A DNA stretch of 64,000 bases from Monocercomonoides exilis PA203 (Eukaryota; Protista; Preaxostyla). The position numbers were made by a program, and so were the translations under genes. This document shows, in pieces, positions 35,122 to 52,024 of the stretch. Numbering within the stretch: position 1 is the first letter of the stretch; each line of letters starts with the position of its first letter. A model generated the notes under the pieces. The model searched no databases. It saw only the letters and a program-made list of their open reading frames with translations, and was not told the origin of the DNA. The DNA is taken from NCBI GenBank assembly GCA_001643675.2, contig LSRY02000003.1:558001-622000 (forward strand), read 5' to 3'.

Positions 35122-38100
35122 TCAAGATGAAGAAACAGCTGGTTCGTTGGAATAAAGAAATGAAATAATAGAAGATATATGCAAACGAATTAATAAAACA
35201 GTGGAAGTTTCTTCCTCTTTTTTTGAAAAAGAATGAAAGTTCATTGCACATTCCCATAACGAAGGCGAATCATCCGGAAGAAATGCAATAAGCTCATGAA
35301 TATGTGTGAAAGGCTTTATCTGCTTATTAAATCCGAGATAGCAATAAGAAAATGTGGACAAAGCCCTCAAAAACAATGTCAGAAATGGAATAAATCGGTT
35401 GCAAAGAGTCTGGGAAGAGCTAATATCTTCTCCAGCTAACACACCCTGACAAAAGCAGCAGTCCAGAAGGCGCAGCAGAAGATACAGAAGGCTGTCAAGC
35501 TCAACAAACGGGTTGTGCATAAAAAGCGAGGCATCATTTTGCATTGAACTGCTCATCAAAGAGAAAGAAATTCGAGTCAAACGAGAGGCAGTTGCTTGAT
35601 GAGGCTGAGCATCGCGTGGAACAATCGAAAGAAGCTTTGAAATTACAGAGCAGGTCTGTAGAATAGACACAAGAGAGAATTCAACACAGTCATCAACAGT
35701 CCACTCATTGAGCAGCAACGACTGAAAGACGCTGGAAGCAGAAGATTGAACATTAGTGCATCTGATGAAAAGAAGCAAGGCAACCAGGCAAAGCTCACCA
35801 AACAGGAACTGCACCAGTCTCGGCAGCAGAAGCGGAATCCATTCGAACAGCGAAGTCTGCAGAAGCAGCGTGGGAATGCTGTCAGACGACCTCAGCGCAG
35901 AGTAAAGCAAGTGCACCATCACACGCGCATGGTTAGTACCCACAGCAATCACACAATGCTCCGGAGGGCGAGAAGAAAGCGAAGATTTTTTAGGTAATTT
36001 TGGTGCTTGCTGCAGAAGTGAACCAACATCGATCCACTGAATAGTGTACTGGGACGATAACAGAGACACCGCACTCTTAAAATACGTGAGAATGATGTTG
36101 TTTCCCTCTAAAAGAAGTCTGTTTAACAAAGTCTGGGTGGGAAGAAGAGTGATTATGTTTGTCAATGCAGCAAACGCAACTTCTTCGAGAGATGTTTCCT
36201 TGCTGAAAAACGAATATCCTTTGGATTTTTTGTCTTCTATCACCAAATTCAGCGGATCCTGTTGTGTTTCCATTGAACATTCAACATGTAGTCCCAAAAC
36301 TGATCCGACAACAGACAGCACATGCTCCAGTGCAGCGAGCATCTGCGCTGTTATTCCAAATGGTTTCGCACATCCCTCATGCTGCTCAAACAGCTCAGTG
36401 AAGCACAGCAGAAAGGAAAGCAGATACGTTGCAGTTAGACAGCCAGAAGAAAGCAGCAGCGGTAAAGGAACCCGAGAAAAGAAACACTCGCCGCATGTTG
36501 CTGTGCCTGGAAACTCTGAAAATTGTGCAAGATAATCGCCAGCTTCTTCCTGTGGCTGCTGAAGATGCAGTTGCTGCTGTGCCTGAGGCGGCTGTGCCAC
36601 TTGAAGCTCTTCGTCCGACTGATAGAAGCGATGACAGTCAAAAAGCGCATTCAGTTTTTTTGAGGCTGTCAGAGACGGAAACAAAGACGACTCTGGAAAG
36701 CGCTCTTGATAAACAGCTGGCTTTTCGGAGGGCTGTGAAATTGATAAGCGCTGAGAAGATAAAAGCTTCAGATTGGCAGCTGGGAAGAGAGTGGAGAAGG
36801 TGCTGGATGCGAATGATGGAGTGGCAGAGCGGTTGAGTGAGAGAGAAGGATGAGACAGAAATGACGAAGATGACGAAGGAGAAAGAGAGAAAGGCGAGGC
36901 AACTGGCAGGCGTGGTGTTTGACGTGCAGTTGATGTGAATGAAGTGAGGTGGATGTCTGAAGTGAGCTTTTGTTGTTGCTGTTGCTGTTGCTGTTTCAGT
37001 TTGTGTTGCTGCTGCTGTTGAAGTGTGTGGAATGGAGTTGAGCAAAAAGCCGGCGAAAATAAAGGCACGCAAATTAACGCTGCAACAAGACAGTCAGCTA
37101 TCTGCTCCATCACACGAACAGCCGAATCAGATGGCAAGTATTCCTTTGTGGGGTGAGAAAAAGACGGAGAGAGAGAAGGAGACGGGGAAAGAGAAGGAGA
37201 TAAACCGCCAGGCTTGCTGTCAGGTGAATCCAGTGTGTGACTTGAGCGTGGTGATGATGAAATGAAGAAGAAGCATTCGTGAAATGCCAGAGAAGTCAGA
37301 ATAAGAGAGAACTGCGCAGATGAAATGGACGATGTGTGGAGCATCGATGAGCACAGAGTGGTGCATTCTTGATAAGAAAGCAGTGGCATTGGCAATTCAA
37401 CATCGGCACTTGCTGAAGAGAATCCCGTTGGAGAATTAGCAGCAGACGAAGCAAACCGAAGCTGAAGAGGCAGTTTAGAAGGGGAGCTTCCAGAAGAAAA
37501 TGACTGCGAAATGAGAGACGCTGTCAGCTTCACGATTCCTTTCCCGCTGTGGCTCTGAGAGAACGCAAGAAGCGAAGCAGCCAGCGCATCGTTCACAAAC
37601 GGTGGGGAAGACGAAACAGACGAAGAAAGACAGGAAATCGTGAGCAGGGCTGAGGGGAGGTCTTTGCTTCCTTCCATCACAGCTCGCACCGAGTCATCAA
37701 CAACCTCAGCACTTTCCAGAATCTCCTGGTCCCAAATGTCTTCGTCTTCATCATCGTTTTCTTCAACCTCGTCTTCCTCCCATTCCTGGAACCCTTCTTC
37801 TCCTTCTCCTTCTCCTTCTCCTTCTCCTTCATCACCTTCTCCCTCTTCTCCTCTTTCTTTGCTCCATTCCAAACCTCCATCATCAAGCGACTCTCCATCC
37901 CATTCATTCAATCCTTCTATTTGCTCTACAGATTCTCCCAGCTGAGTCAATTGTGCTTCATCTGCAGCTGCTCCAGGCTTATTTCTGTTGAATGCCTCCT
38001 TTTTGCCTGTTGTTGATGTTCCTTTCAAAGGCGATAATCCTCTGCTTCTCAACAACATGATGCTTTTCTTTTCGCTTGTGCCATCTGCAACTGCCAGCGC

Positions 38101-39753
38101 ACTTCGAGAGCCGAGCGGCGGAGTCTTCATTGAGTCAGAGACAGAAGGAGAGAGGGGTCTTTTCTGATTGTTGTTGCTTTTGCTTGTTTTTTCTTTCTCA
38201 TTCTCCTCAAACTGTTTGGATTTTTCTGAGTTTTCTATGTTCTTTTCGGTTCGTATTGGTGTTCTCATTCGTTTTGATCGTAGGCCTTTCTTTTTCTCTT
38301 CCTCGCTCTCTTCCTCGCTTTCTTCTTTTTCATTCTCTTTTTCTTTTTCTTTCTCTTTCTCTTTCTCTTCATTAGAGCTTGTCATTGTTCCAAGTTCTTC
38401 TCTGCTTCTTTTCTTTTTCTGGTTTTCTGTTTCGCTCATTAATTTCAACAGCTCCTCTTGCAAAAGCTGCTGTCTGTGCAATAAACTGTCTGCAAGCGAA
38501 CTTGTTTCTTTCTCATTCTGCAAAAAAATGTTTTTTTCATTCAGAGTCGCATTTTTCTCGTCGGATGAAACCGACCCAACAATTTTGAGCATCCACGTGT
38601 GCATCTGCTTCTGCATCTCCTCAATTTGGCTCATTGCCTCTTTCAATTTATCTTCTTTTTCTTTCATTTCTCGCTCCTGTTGCTCCGTTCGGAGTCGGCT
38701 TTCTTCACTCAGCATTGTTGGTTGGGCAATCCTCAAAGCATCAGGAAAAGCAGCATTCTTTGAATCTTGCATAGCTAATTCTTGCTGAAGGGTATCTCCT
38801 CCAAGTTGATTCAATACGGATGAAGACGCAACTTCTGATAAAATTGATGGTTTTTGCTGAAATGATTCATTTACAGCCGAATTTTGCATTTGATTTGAGT
38901 CAGATAATTGAGGAAGCGGATGCAGTGGAAGAGCGCTTGACGAAGATTGCCCGTTCGTTGATAAAGCAATTCGGTTTTTTTGAATTCGCGTATATCGTGT
39001 TGCTGTCTTAAGCGCTAAAACTGGAGTTGTATTCGTTGTCGTTGTTGCAGCAGCTGCTGTTCGAGTAGCTTCCACAGATTCACTGGCTGAAGGATTTTTG
39101 TCAGAAAACAAAGATGGAAGCGTGGTTGTTGTAACTGGCTGAGCATTGCTGTTTATTGATGTTAGTGATGGAGCTTTCACAATTCCGAGTGTTCTTCTTA
39201 TTCCGATTTTTGGTTGCTGAAGAAATTTTGTTGACATCATCAAATTCGTCGATGAGTCAGAAGTCAATTGAGCAGTAGATTGGGGTATAAATAAGTGATT
39301 CGTATTCAAAGTTTGATTAGAAGATGCTTGTTTTGACTGATTTTGTTCGTTTTCAGTGGCTGACGAAGATATTGATCTTGAAGGTTGATGAAGTTGAATT
39401 TGTTTTTTCATAGCGAGCAATGAACGAAGGCTCGAACCCTGTGCAGAACTTTTTGGCCTTGGAGGTGGCAAACCCATTCCTTTAAACGGTGGTTGGAAAA
39501 CTGGCTTCCGTGGAGGTGAAAGAGGAGTCGACGATTGTGACATCTGTTGACTTTGCTTTGAAGTTGTTCTTAAAAGCTGAGTTGGGCGCCCTGGAGTCAT
39601 CGAAGGAGATCGCTGGGATTTCACTACATTTGTTTTTTTCACTAATGCATTGAAATGTCTTTGTCTAGACAGATCAGATTGCATTCGAAGAGTTTGGAAG
39701 AGAGAAAGAGGCTTTGTCCCATCGCCTGATGCAGAAGGACTTTGCCGAAGCAT
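35122..39753 (-). CDS. Hypothetical 1543-aa protein (disordered N-terminus, coiled coil, acidic tract, Leu-rich helical C-terminal half)
   Basis: Uninterrupted 4.6-kb ORF with an ATG start after an AT-rich spacer. No family recognised. Confidence 0.8.
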   Translation of the reverse strand: MLRQSPSASGDGTKPLSLFQTLRMQSDLSRQRHFNALVKKTNVVKSQRSPSMTPGRPTQLLRTTSKQSQQMSQSSTPLSPPRKPVFQPPFKGMGLPPPRPKSSAQGSSLRSLLAMKKQIQLHQPSRSISSSATENEQNQSKQASSNQTLNTNHLFIPQSTAQLTSDSSTNLMMSTKFLQQPKIGIRRTLGIVKAPSLTSINSNAQPVTTTTLPSLFSDKNPSASESVEATRTAAAATTTTNTTPVLALKTATRYTRIQKNRIALSTNGQSSSSALPLHPLPQLSDSNQMQNSAVNESFQQKPSILSEVASSSVLNQLGGDTLQQELAMQDSKNAAFPDALRIAQPTMLSEESRLRTEQQEREMKEKEDKLKEAMSQIEEMQKQMHTWMLKIVGSVSSDEKNATLNEKNIFLQNEKETSSLADSLLHRQQLLQEELLKLMSETENQKKKRSREELGTMTSSNEEKEKEKEKEKENEKEESEEESEEEKKKGLRSKRMRTPIRTEKNIENSEKSKQFEENEKEKTSKSNNNQKRPLSPSVSDSMKTPPLGSRSALAVADGTSEKKSIMLLRSRGLSPLKGTSTTGKKEAFNRNKPGAAADEAQLTQLGESVEQIEGLNEWDGESLDDGGLEWSKERGEEGEGDEGEGEGEGEGEEGFQEWEEDEVEENDDEDEDIWDQEILESAEVVDDSVRAVMEGSKDLPSALLTISCLSSSVSSSPPFVNDALAASLLAFSQSHSGKGIVKLTASLISQSFSSGSSPSKLPLQLRFASSAANSPTGFSSASADVELPMPLLSYQECTTLCSSMLHTSSISSAQFSLILTSLAFHECFFFISSSPRSSHTLDSPDSKPGGLSPSLSPSPSLSPSFSHPTKEYLPSDSAVRVMEQIADCLVAALICVPLFSPAFCSTPFHTLQQQQQHKLKQQQQQQQQKLTSDIHLTSFTSTARQTPRLPVASPFSLSPSSSSSFLSHPSLSLNRSATPSFASSTFSTLFPAANLKLLSSQRLSISQPSEKPAVYQERFPESSLFPSLTASKKLNALFDCHRFYQSDEELQVAQPPQAQQQLHLQQPQEEAGDYLAQFSEFPGTATCGECFFSRVPLPLLLSSGCLTATYLLSFLLCFTELFEQHEGCAKPFGITAQMLAALEHVLSVVGSVLGLHVECSMETQQDPLNLVIEDKKSKGYSFFSKETSLEEVAFAALTNIITLLPTQTLLNRLLLEGNNIILTYFKSAVSLLSSQYTIQWIDVGSLLQQAPKLPKKSSLSSRPPEHCVIAVGTNHARVMVHLLYSALRSSDSIPTLLLQTSLFEWIPLLLPRLVQFLFGELCLVALLLFIRCTNVQSSASSVFQSLLLNEWTVDDCVEFSLVSILQTCSVISKLLSIVPRDAQPHQATASRLTRISFSLMSSSMQNDASLFMHNPFVELDSLLYLLLRLLDCCFCQGVLAGEDISSSQTLCNRFIPFLTLFLRALSTFSYCYLGFNKQIKPFTHIHELIAFLPDDSPSLWECAMNFHSFSKKEEETSTVLLIRLHISSIISFLYSNEPAVSSS

Positions 39754-39930
39754 GTTTATTTATGACTAAAACAAAAGAAAGCTAAAAAACAATTGTTTTA
39801 AATTAAAAAACAACAAAAAATAAATATGATCAGAAATAACAATTTTATAAAGGGCTAAAAATTCTATCCATAGAACAAGAAATATTCAGAATGAAATATC
39901 AAATTTTTTGATACAAAATTCTTGCTTTTT

Positions 39931-42900
39931 TCATTTAACGCTTTCTGAAATTTCATCATCATCATCATCTGATTCTTCAAATGAATCAGTCTGACTTTCG
40001 CTTAATGATTCAAAAGAAATTGTATTTCTTTTTCTTTTGCTGCTGATTTTCAAATTGTCTAACATTTCTTGTAAGTCGTCCAAGTCGCTAGTCCATTCTC
40101 CAAGCAAATCAACGAAGTCTGAGCACAGAGTTTCCCACATGTGAATTGCAGAGGAAGGTGTCAATGGAGTTGAGGATGAAGTGAAACAAGTCGATTTTTG
40201 AGGTGTAAAAGAAGGAGAAGAAGAAGAAGAAGAAGAAACTGCGTTGTCATTGTCCTTTGGCAGGGAAGGAGACGAACTCACCTTTCTTTTTCTCGCACGT
40301 TTTGCTGGAGAAACGCTTCCACTCATTTGCATCTGATGTTCTTCTGAATCTTCTATCATTGACTTTTCTTTCCCTTCAGAAATCTTCTTCTTCTTCTTCT
40401 TTTTCTTCTTTAGTTTTTGTGTTTGTGGAGAAAGGCTATTGTCCAATTTTGATGGAGACGATGAAAATGATGGTGAATGCGATTCAGAACGAGCTGTGCT
40501 GCTTCTTCCTTTCCGATTTGGAGATCGTTTTGGAGTGTTTTGTTTCTGAGGAACAAGAAGAAGAGGCTGATGGACAACAATTCCTTCTTTGCTTGGAAGA
40601 TATGAAACAGATGGGATACCAGTTGAATCAGAATCAGAAGAATTAGAAGAAGAAGCAGAAGCAGAAGAACCAGATGAAAAGAGATTTCGTTTCCTCTCCC
40701 TTGGAGAAGATGGAGGAGTGAGAATGGCAGATGCCGCAGAGCTGGATGAGGATGAAGATAGAGTAAAGCGAGTTGTTGAATATGTGCTTGCATTTGACCT
40801 TGAAGAAGAAGAAGAAGAGGTCGAATAAGAAGAAGATTGCGTTGAAGAAGACAAAGTTGATGAAAGCTGGCTTTGTTCTGTTGAGTCTAAAGTTGAGCAC
40901 AAATTGCGAGTTGAGTCGAAAGATGAAGAAGTTTGTGAAATGTTTGGGCGATCAACAGACGGAAACGATGGCATGGCGCTTCCATCGTCTCTGATTGGCT
41001 GGAAAAGACAGAAGTTCGAAGAACGCCCAGAAATCTGCTCAGATCCTGATTGCATTGAGGAATGTGAGTGAAATGGAGAGGAGGAAGAGGAAGAGGAGGA
41101 AGAAGAGGAAGATGGAAATGAAGAGCGAGAGGAGGATGATGTTGTTGGCACTTTGTCATAACCTGATTGATCATACAGACTTGGGCGAGTGATATGAACA
41201 TTCGAAGAGGCTCCTTCTGATTTATGTGGCAAATGAGTATGCTTCTTCTCCTTTCCTGAGTGATGATGGTGTCTTCGATGGCTGCTTTTTATTCGATGAT
41301 GCGATGGATGCTTAAATGGATAGTCATCTGAGTCAGTTGAAGAAGAAGAAGATGATGATGATGATGACGACGATGAAGTGGAAGAAGATGATGACGACTC
41401 ATTGCCTTCGGATTCAGAATCGCTTTCATTCTTTTCTCTCTGTTTGCGTGCTCTCTTTTTATTCTCTTTCCATTCCTCCATCTCAACATCGCTTCCATGT
41501 CCAGATTCACTTGCCATTCTTTCTCTTTCCAACCTCCTTCGTTCTCTCTCCCACTCACTTTCTTCTCTTTTCTCTGCTTTTTCTGCTTTCTCTGCCATCT
41601 CGCTGCTTCTTCCTCCTCCTCTTCTGCTTCCTCGTTGCGCGGGGCTTCCTTCACTTTCGCTTTCAAACGGCGAATTCCCTCTCTTCGCCCACATCTCCCG
41701 AAGGCTCGGCGATTGCCGGCGCGGTCGGCTCAGCTGCTGGGACGACATGGAAGCGGTTGAATAGTTACTCGTCAGCTGATCCGAATACTGCTGATGCTGC
41801 TGGAATTGCTGTGCTTCTGCCTCTTCTTCATCGCAGGACTCTTGTCTGGGTGAATTGAGCCCTCGTCTGGGAAGACTGCCTCTTTCTTCAGCACTTACTT
41901 TTCTATTTGATTCTTTCAAACTGGAAGAATATGGAGATCTTTTATCAACAATTCGGAAGAACTCCCGCGCCAGTTGTTCGCTTTCAGATTCTGAATGTTC
42001 GTTAAAACTGCTGGGGCTCTGCTTTGAGATCCGAGAATTCGAAGCTCTGCCTTCAGTGGAATATGGTGATGGCATGTCTTTGTCATCATTTGATTCGATT
42101 GTTTCTCTCATTTTTGCCTTTGGTTCTGCGAGTCTGCGAGGCTGATTGATGGCTTTCCGATCTGGAACTTGACTTCTCTGTTGCATCATTTTTTGTTCTT
42201 CTTTCAATTTATTTTCTTCTTCTTTTTTCTGTTTAGCTATCTGTTCCTGCTCCTGTTTCTTTTTGCGCTCCATTCTTTCGAGTTCTCTCTCCATCCACCA
42301 GAGAGAATTCTTTGTAATCTCTTTTCCAAATACATCCTCTTCTCTCTTTATCTTTCTTTGCTTTTCTAATGTGTCCCATATCCATTCTTTTTTTGGCTTA
42401 GGTTTTTGGTTGGATGATTTTGCCTTTGATTTTGCTTTGGCTTTGGTTTTGGCTTTCCCTCTTAGTATCATTTGATTTGTACTCTTTGTGGGCCATGCTA
42501 TTGTTGGTCTTTTTTGTGCAATCAATTGCGGACTATTTCGTTGAACTCTTGAATCAGGTGATTCAGTTTTATCAGTTATTGATTTTTGTTGAAAATGAGA
42601 AGATTGGATTGGAGTTTGCTTATCTTGATCAGTCGAATCGAACTTTATAGATGATTGTCTTCGCATGGAATTGGTTGATGCTGAGGAAGGCCTTTTAAAA
42701 AAACCAGGGCGTGAAGAAATAACAGCATTTGCATTTTGACTTTTTATTCCTTTTTAAAGGGGGATAAACCATTAATGATAAAAAAAAATAGTTCATTTGT
42801 TCAGTTTAAATAGAAATTTCACTCAAACTTGAATCTTTTTCGGGAGAGTTAAGCAGTGGTTGTGGAATATCAGAATTCTGTGAATAATCTTCTGCATAAT

Positions 42901-42958
42901 GTTCTCCTCTGCTTCCTGGAGGAAATATTTGCGTGTAATTTCTTGCGTGCTGCGACAT
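39931..42958 (-). CDS. Hypothetical Ser/Glu/Lys-rich low-complexity protein with an extra 5' exon
   Basis: 911-aa ORF 39931-42666. An upstream exon from ATG 42958 (MSQHARNYTQIFPPG...PEKDS) splices in frame through a gtttga...aaag intron (~42829-42751). Confidence 0.75.
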
Positions 42959-43277
42959 TTACAAAAATCTTTCTTCTTCCTTTTTTATCTTTTTTTCAAA
43001 ATAAAAAAGAAAGAAATATGGTTCATTATTTCAACAATATCATCTGAAAATATTGAAATAATTAAACTGATAACGTATATCAAAAATGAAAAATAATATT
43101 TTTTTGAAAATAAATAAGCAATCTCAACAAAAACTTCGTTTGTTGTGTACTTGAAGTGAAAAAATTACAATATTTTATTTAAAAAAAAATCTGTTTCAAG
43201 GTTTTTGAAATGTTAAATTATATTTTCTTCAATCAGTTCTACCCTCTTCACGTTTTTTACAAAAATCTGAGTTAAAT

Positions 43278-43725
43278 TTAATCCTCTTCCTCCTCATCCA
43301 TATCACCCTCCAAATCACTATCCATTTCGTCATCCATATCATCGATCATTTCTTCGCGATATCCAGAGATTGAAATGCTTCCTGTTCCCTTGACTTTTAA
43401 TTCAATCTCTGCACCATCTCCAAATGTGAAGTTCAATGGGTAGTTGCGATGTTTTGTATTCAAACAGCAAACTGGAAATTCTTTTCCTTCATTAACGAAA
43501 TAAAGAATTGCTTCATCGGTTTCCTTTCCATCTGCCAAGCAAGCGCTTGTAAGATGAAGAATTGATTCTTCTCCAATTGTCTCTTTAAATCCTTTTCCTT
43601 CTTTGAGACTAACTCCAAAAACTAACAAACACGAGGCAGAAATGATGCAATTTTTCAATTAAAAACATTTTAAACAAAAACACAGTTTTGAATATTAGTC
43701 AAAATGCAAAGTGCATACACGTCAT
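43278..43725 (-). CDS. Stand-alone nucleoplasmin-like (NPL) domain protein with acidic tail, probable histone chaperone
   Basis: A 7-nt first coding exon ATGACGT plus intron 43718-43622 gives MTFFGVSLKEG...LHLTSACL...FPVCCL...LNFTFGDGAEIELKVKGTGSISISGY and a D/E tail. This is the pattern of HD2/Fpr3-4/FKBP39-type NPL domains. Confidence 0.82.
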
Positions 43726-43850
43726 TATTTATAAAAAGGCAAAAAATCGAATTATCTGATCTTCTAACCATCAGGGCATTTATTTTTCAGAATATAAGTG
43801 GGAAGTGATCATCATAATCTCAATTTATTTAAATAAAGAGAATACGTTAC
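43726..43850. promoter_or_regulatory. Putative compact bidirectional promoter
   Basis: Only 125 bp separate the divergent start codons at 43725 (-) and 43851 (+). Confidence 0.55.
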
Positions 43851-44726
43851 ATGAGCCAAGTTGTCGAAAGTCAAAAAGAAATAGATCTTGTTCCAGAGGA
43901 TCCTCACAAAGTTGTTAAAACTCTTATTAAACCTGGAAAAGGAGAGCAGCCTGGAAAAGGATACGTTGTCAAAATGCATTATTTCGGTTATTTGCCAAAT
44001 GGGACACAATTTGACACTTCTAGACGTAATGAGGAACCAATTGAATTTAAAATCGGACGTGGTCAGGTTATGAAAGGATGGGAAATTGCAGTTTCATCGA
44101 TGCACGAAGGAGAAATCTCAGATTTTGTAATTTCACCTGAATATGGATACGGATCTCGTGGATGCCCACCTTTAATTCCTCCTGATACAACGCTAAAATA
44201 TAATATTGAGCTTATTTCTTGCTTTGAAGATCCAGAAACAACAGAAGAGAAGTTTCTTTTTATTGAGAAGAAAAAGAACAAAGGAAATTCATTTTTCAAG
44301 GATTCTGAATGGAAGAAAGCAATGGACGAATATGAAACAGCGATTCATATCCTTAAGCTTACGTATTGCTCGGGAAATGAGGAAAAGAGGAAATATGGTG
44401 AATATATGGTGAGTCTCCTTCTAAACTGTGCATTAATGCTCTTGAAGATGAACAATTACAAAGAATGCATATCAAAGTGCACGGAAGTTCTAACATTTGA
44501 TAAAAATAATACTAAAGCGTTTTTTCGAAGAGGTGCAGCATATAACTGTTTAGGCGAATATGAAAAAGCAAAGAAAGATCTCCTTCGTGCATCAGAGCTA
44601 AATCCTTCTGATAATTCAATACAAATTGAATTGGATAAAATAAAAAAGATCGAAATCGAAAAGTACAGAAAAGAAAAGCTTATATACTCACATCTTTTTG
44701 ATTCCACTCAAGATTCGAAACAATAA
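43851..44726 (+). CDS. FKBP-type peptidyl-prolyl isomerase with C-terminal TPR repeats (Hsp90 co-chaperone type)
   Basis: VKMHYFGYLPNGTQFDTSR...FKIGRGQVMKGWE...PEYGYGSRGCPPLIPPDTTL, then TPR helices (KGNSFFK, KAFFRRGAAY, LNPSD). Confidence 0.93.
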   Translation: MSQVVESQKEIDLVPEDPHKVVKTLIKPGKGEQPGKGYVVKMHYFGYLPNGTQFDTSRRNEEPIEFKIGRGQVMKGWEIAVSSMHEGEISDFVISPEYGYGSRGCPPLIPPDTTLKYNIELISCFEDPETTEEKFLFIEKKKNKGNSFFKDSEWKKAMDEYETAIHILKLTYCSGNEEKRKYGEYMVSLLLNCALMLLKMNNYKECISKCTEVLTFDKNNTKAFFRRGAAYNCLGEYEKAKKDLLRASELNPSDNSIQIELDKIKKIEIEKYRKEKLIYSHLFDSTQDSKQ

Positions 44727-45743
44727 GAATTTGAATTAAGGAAATAACAAAATATTGCTTCTTTTAGAAAACCAAGAAAGGTATTGAAGAATGAAAGAAA
44801 GAAAGCAGAATAAGAAAAGAAGTGATAACCATGAGAGCGCAGTTCTTTGGAAAAGGAAGAAGAACGTGGATCTGTTGAAAAGACAATTGCGCAATTATTA
44901 TATACATACACATCAAGGGATGATCCAAAGAAGCTTGAGATGTGAAGGGAAAAAAGAGGTGAAAGGAGGGGACTATCTTTTGGACACAAGAAAAATATAA
45001 CGGTAGCAGAACTACAAATAATTAATTAATAACAATTCCAATCAAAGATGAAAGAAATTGAAATTCATAATTAAGAGAACGGAAAAAAACAGCTCAAAAG
45101 GTCGAAAAGAAGAAGAAGAGTTGCGAAATGAAAAAAGAAATGTTTGATTGTTGCTTGCTTAAGCCTCAAGAAGAGAGTTTAAGTGAAAGAAGATGAAGCC
45201 GTCAAGCAAGAAATACGAAACTAGAACAACATCAAATCAATAGAAATGAAAATGAAAAAAAGAAAAAAATGAAAAAATCAATTGAAAATATTGGAAAAAA
45301 TGAAGTGAATGATGATAAAAAAAGCAGCCTCAAAACACAAAAGAAATTCCCATTCAACCAAAAACAAATGGGAAAGAGAGAGAAAGAAAGAGAAAGAGCG
45401 GATGGAGGGTGATATTTGCAGGTGATGACTTGCGGAAATGGTCAGATCTATTGAGAGGGGAAATGATGCTGTAGAAGATTCAATTATTTTGAAAAGGAGG
45501 GAGGGAAATGAAATAATTGATGAAGGAATTCAAATAAGATAGATAGATAGATAGATAGATTGGTTGATTGATTGAAAATAAAGACAAACAGACAGAAAGA
45601 ATAAATAGATAAATAGAAATAGAATATATAAATCCATAAATAAATAAATAAATAAATAGAAAACAAAGCAAACTGAAACGCAATGCCAGTCTTGCGAGAG
45701 GAGGAGGGGAGGGAGGAGAAAAAGAAAGGAGTTGCTGATGAAG

Positions 45744-50515
<4,772 letters not shown>

Positions 50516-51343
50516 CTTATATGAGAGGATAATGAAATCACGAAAATGAAAAGACTAAAAAACAGCTAAAAATATTTATCAAAGCATAAATTAAACAAGT
50601 AAAAATTAATGAATTGATTCTTATATTTTTCAATGTGATTGTAAAGTTAGCAGACAAAGGAAAGTGTTTGCAAAACGATCAAGTGATCAAAATACCATAC
50701 CACATAGAACATTTTTTCTCAAAAAAATTGTTATATTCAAAATTCAAATGTGAAAAAATAATGAAAAAACACAAAAAATGAAAAGATCAACATTCAGTTT
50801 GGCAAGTGATATTTTATGATAGATTCATTCGAAATATCATGAAAGATGAAACAATGTTTTGAGTTTTTTTGATAATATTGTTTCAAACATATATAAATTT
50901 TAACTTCAGGTTCAAAAAAAAGTTTTGAAGTTGTTTTTGGTTTTTCAAGATTGTTCCAACTTTGAATTTATATTAAATTTTTTGATTAATAGATTATTTC
51001 TTTTTTTTTTTCGTTGGAGAAGAACCAAAAATAGAGAAAATGAATTAAAGGATAACATCTTCTCGTGAAAGTTAATATTGAGTTAAAAACAACGCGTTGT
51101 CAGTGATTGCTTAATTTGGCAAATGGATTAGATTGAATCAGTTCTGGTAAATATTCGAAGAACACACAATTTTGAGCTTTCAAAAAAAGAATTCAATGAA
51201 CATTTTGGTTCTTTATTTTTGAAAAGTTGTTTAAAATTGAAGCAGTTGGAAATCGAACGCAAGTTGGAAAGGATTACATGTGCATCAGATGTTGAAACAC
51301 TTGAAAATAGAAGGAATTATAAATATTAATTGAAAAAAACAGT

Positions 51344-51835
51344 GGTAAGTGGGCAGATAACGACCGGTAAAACTTTTCGATTTGTATGTTTTTTTATATT
51401 TTGACTATTTCTAATGAATGCAGTTATGATATTTCTAAAGTGGTTTTCGAATTTCAGTGATTCAAAGATGAGAAAACCTATTTTTTAAATCCATCAGGAT
51501 TATTTATTTTGTAAACTTCCCCATTTTAAATAAAAAAAACCCTAATGAGTCGATTCTCTAAAAAGTTTTCGTCAAATATGACCCAAATAAACACATTGAC
51601 AATGGATAAATCTGTATTTCCAATTCAAACCTAAAAGAAAGTTTCTCTCTTATTTATCTTAAGGGTTTGATCATTAATTTTTTTTTAACAACTGCTTTTA
51701 AAATACAGAAAATTTTCTGTTTTTTATCGAATATTTCTCCTATTTGCGAATTTTAACATCTGAAAATGTGGTTTTCAAGGTCAATAGTTCTTCTTTAAGA
51801 CTATTTTGATACCGGTCGCTATGTACCCTCTTACC
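51344..51835. mobile_element. 492-bp MITE with GG termini and 8-bp TSD (Merlin-like)
   Basis: TIRs GGTAAGTGGGCAGATAACGACCGGTA vs (reverse complement) GGTAAGAGGGTACATAGCGACCGGTA match 22/26. Perfect TSD AAAACAGT at 51336-51343 and 51836-51843. Confidence 0.88.
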
Positions 51836-52024
51836 AAAACAGTTGAATATTGAATAAAATTTTGTAAATTGCTTTAATAATATATTCTGAAGGTTTGTTG
51901 ATATATTTCGAAGAAGTGATTATAAATTTTCTCAAAAGCATATCCAAAAGACTGTTTTTATGTCATTTTGTGAAATGATGAAAAAAAAATAGAATATCTG
52001 AGTTACAAAATTCAATTCATTTTC

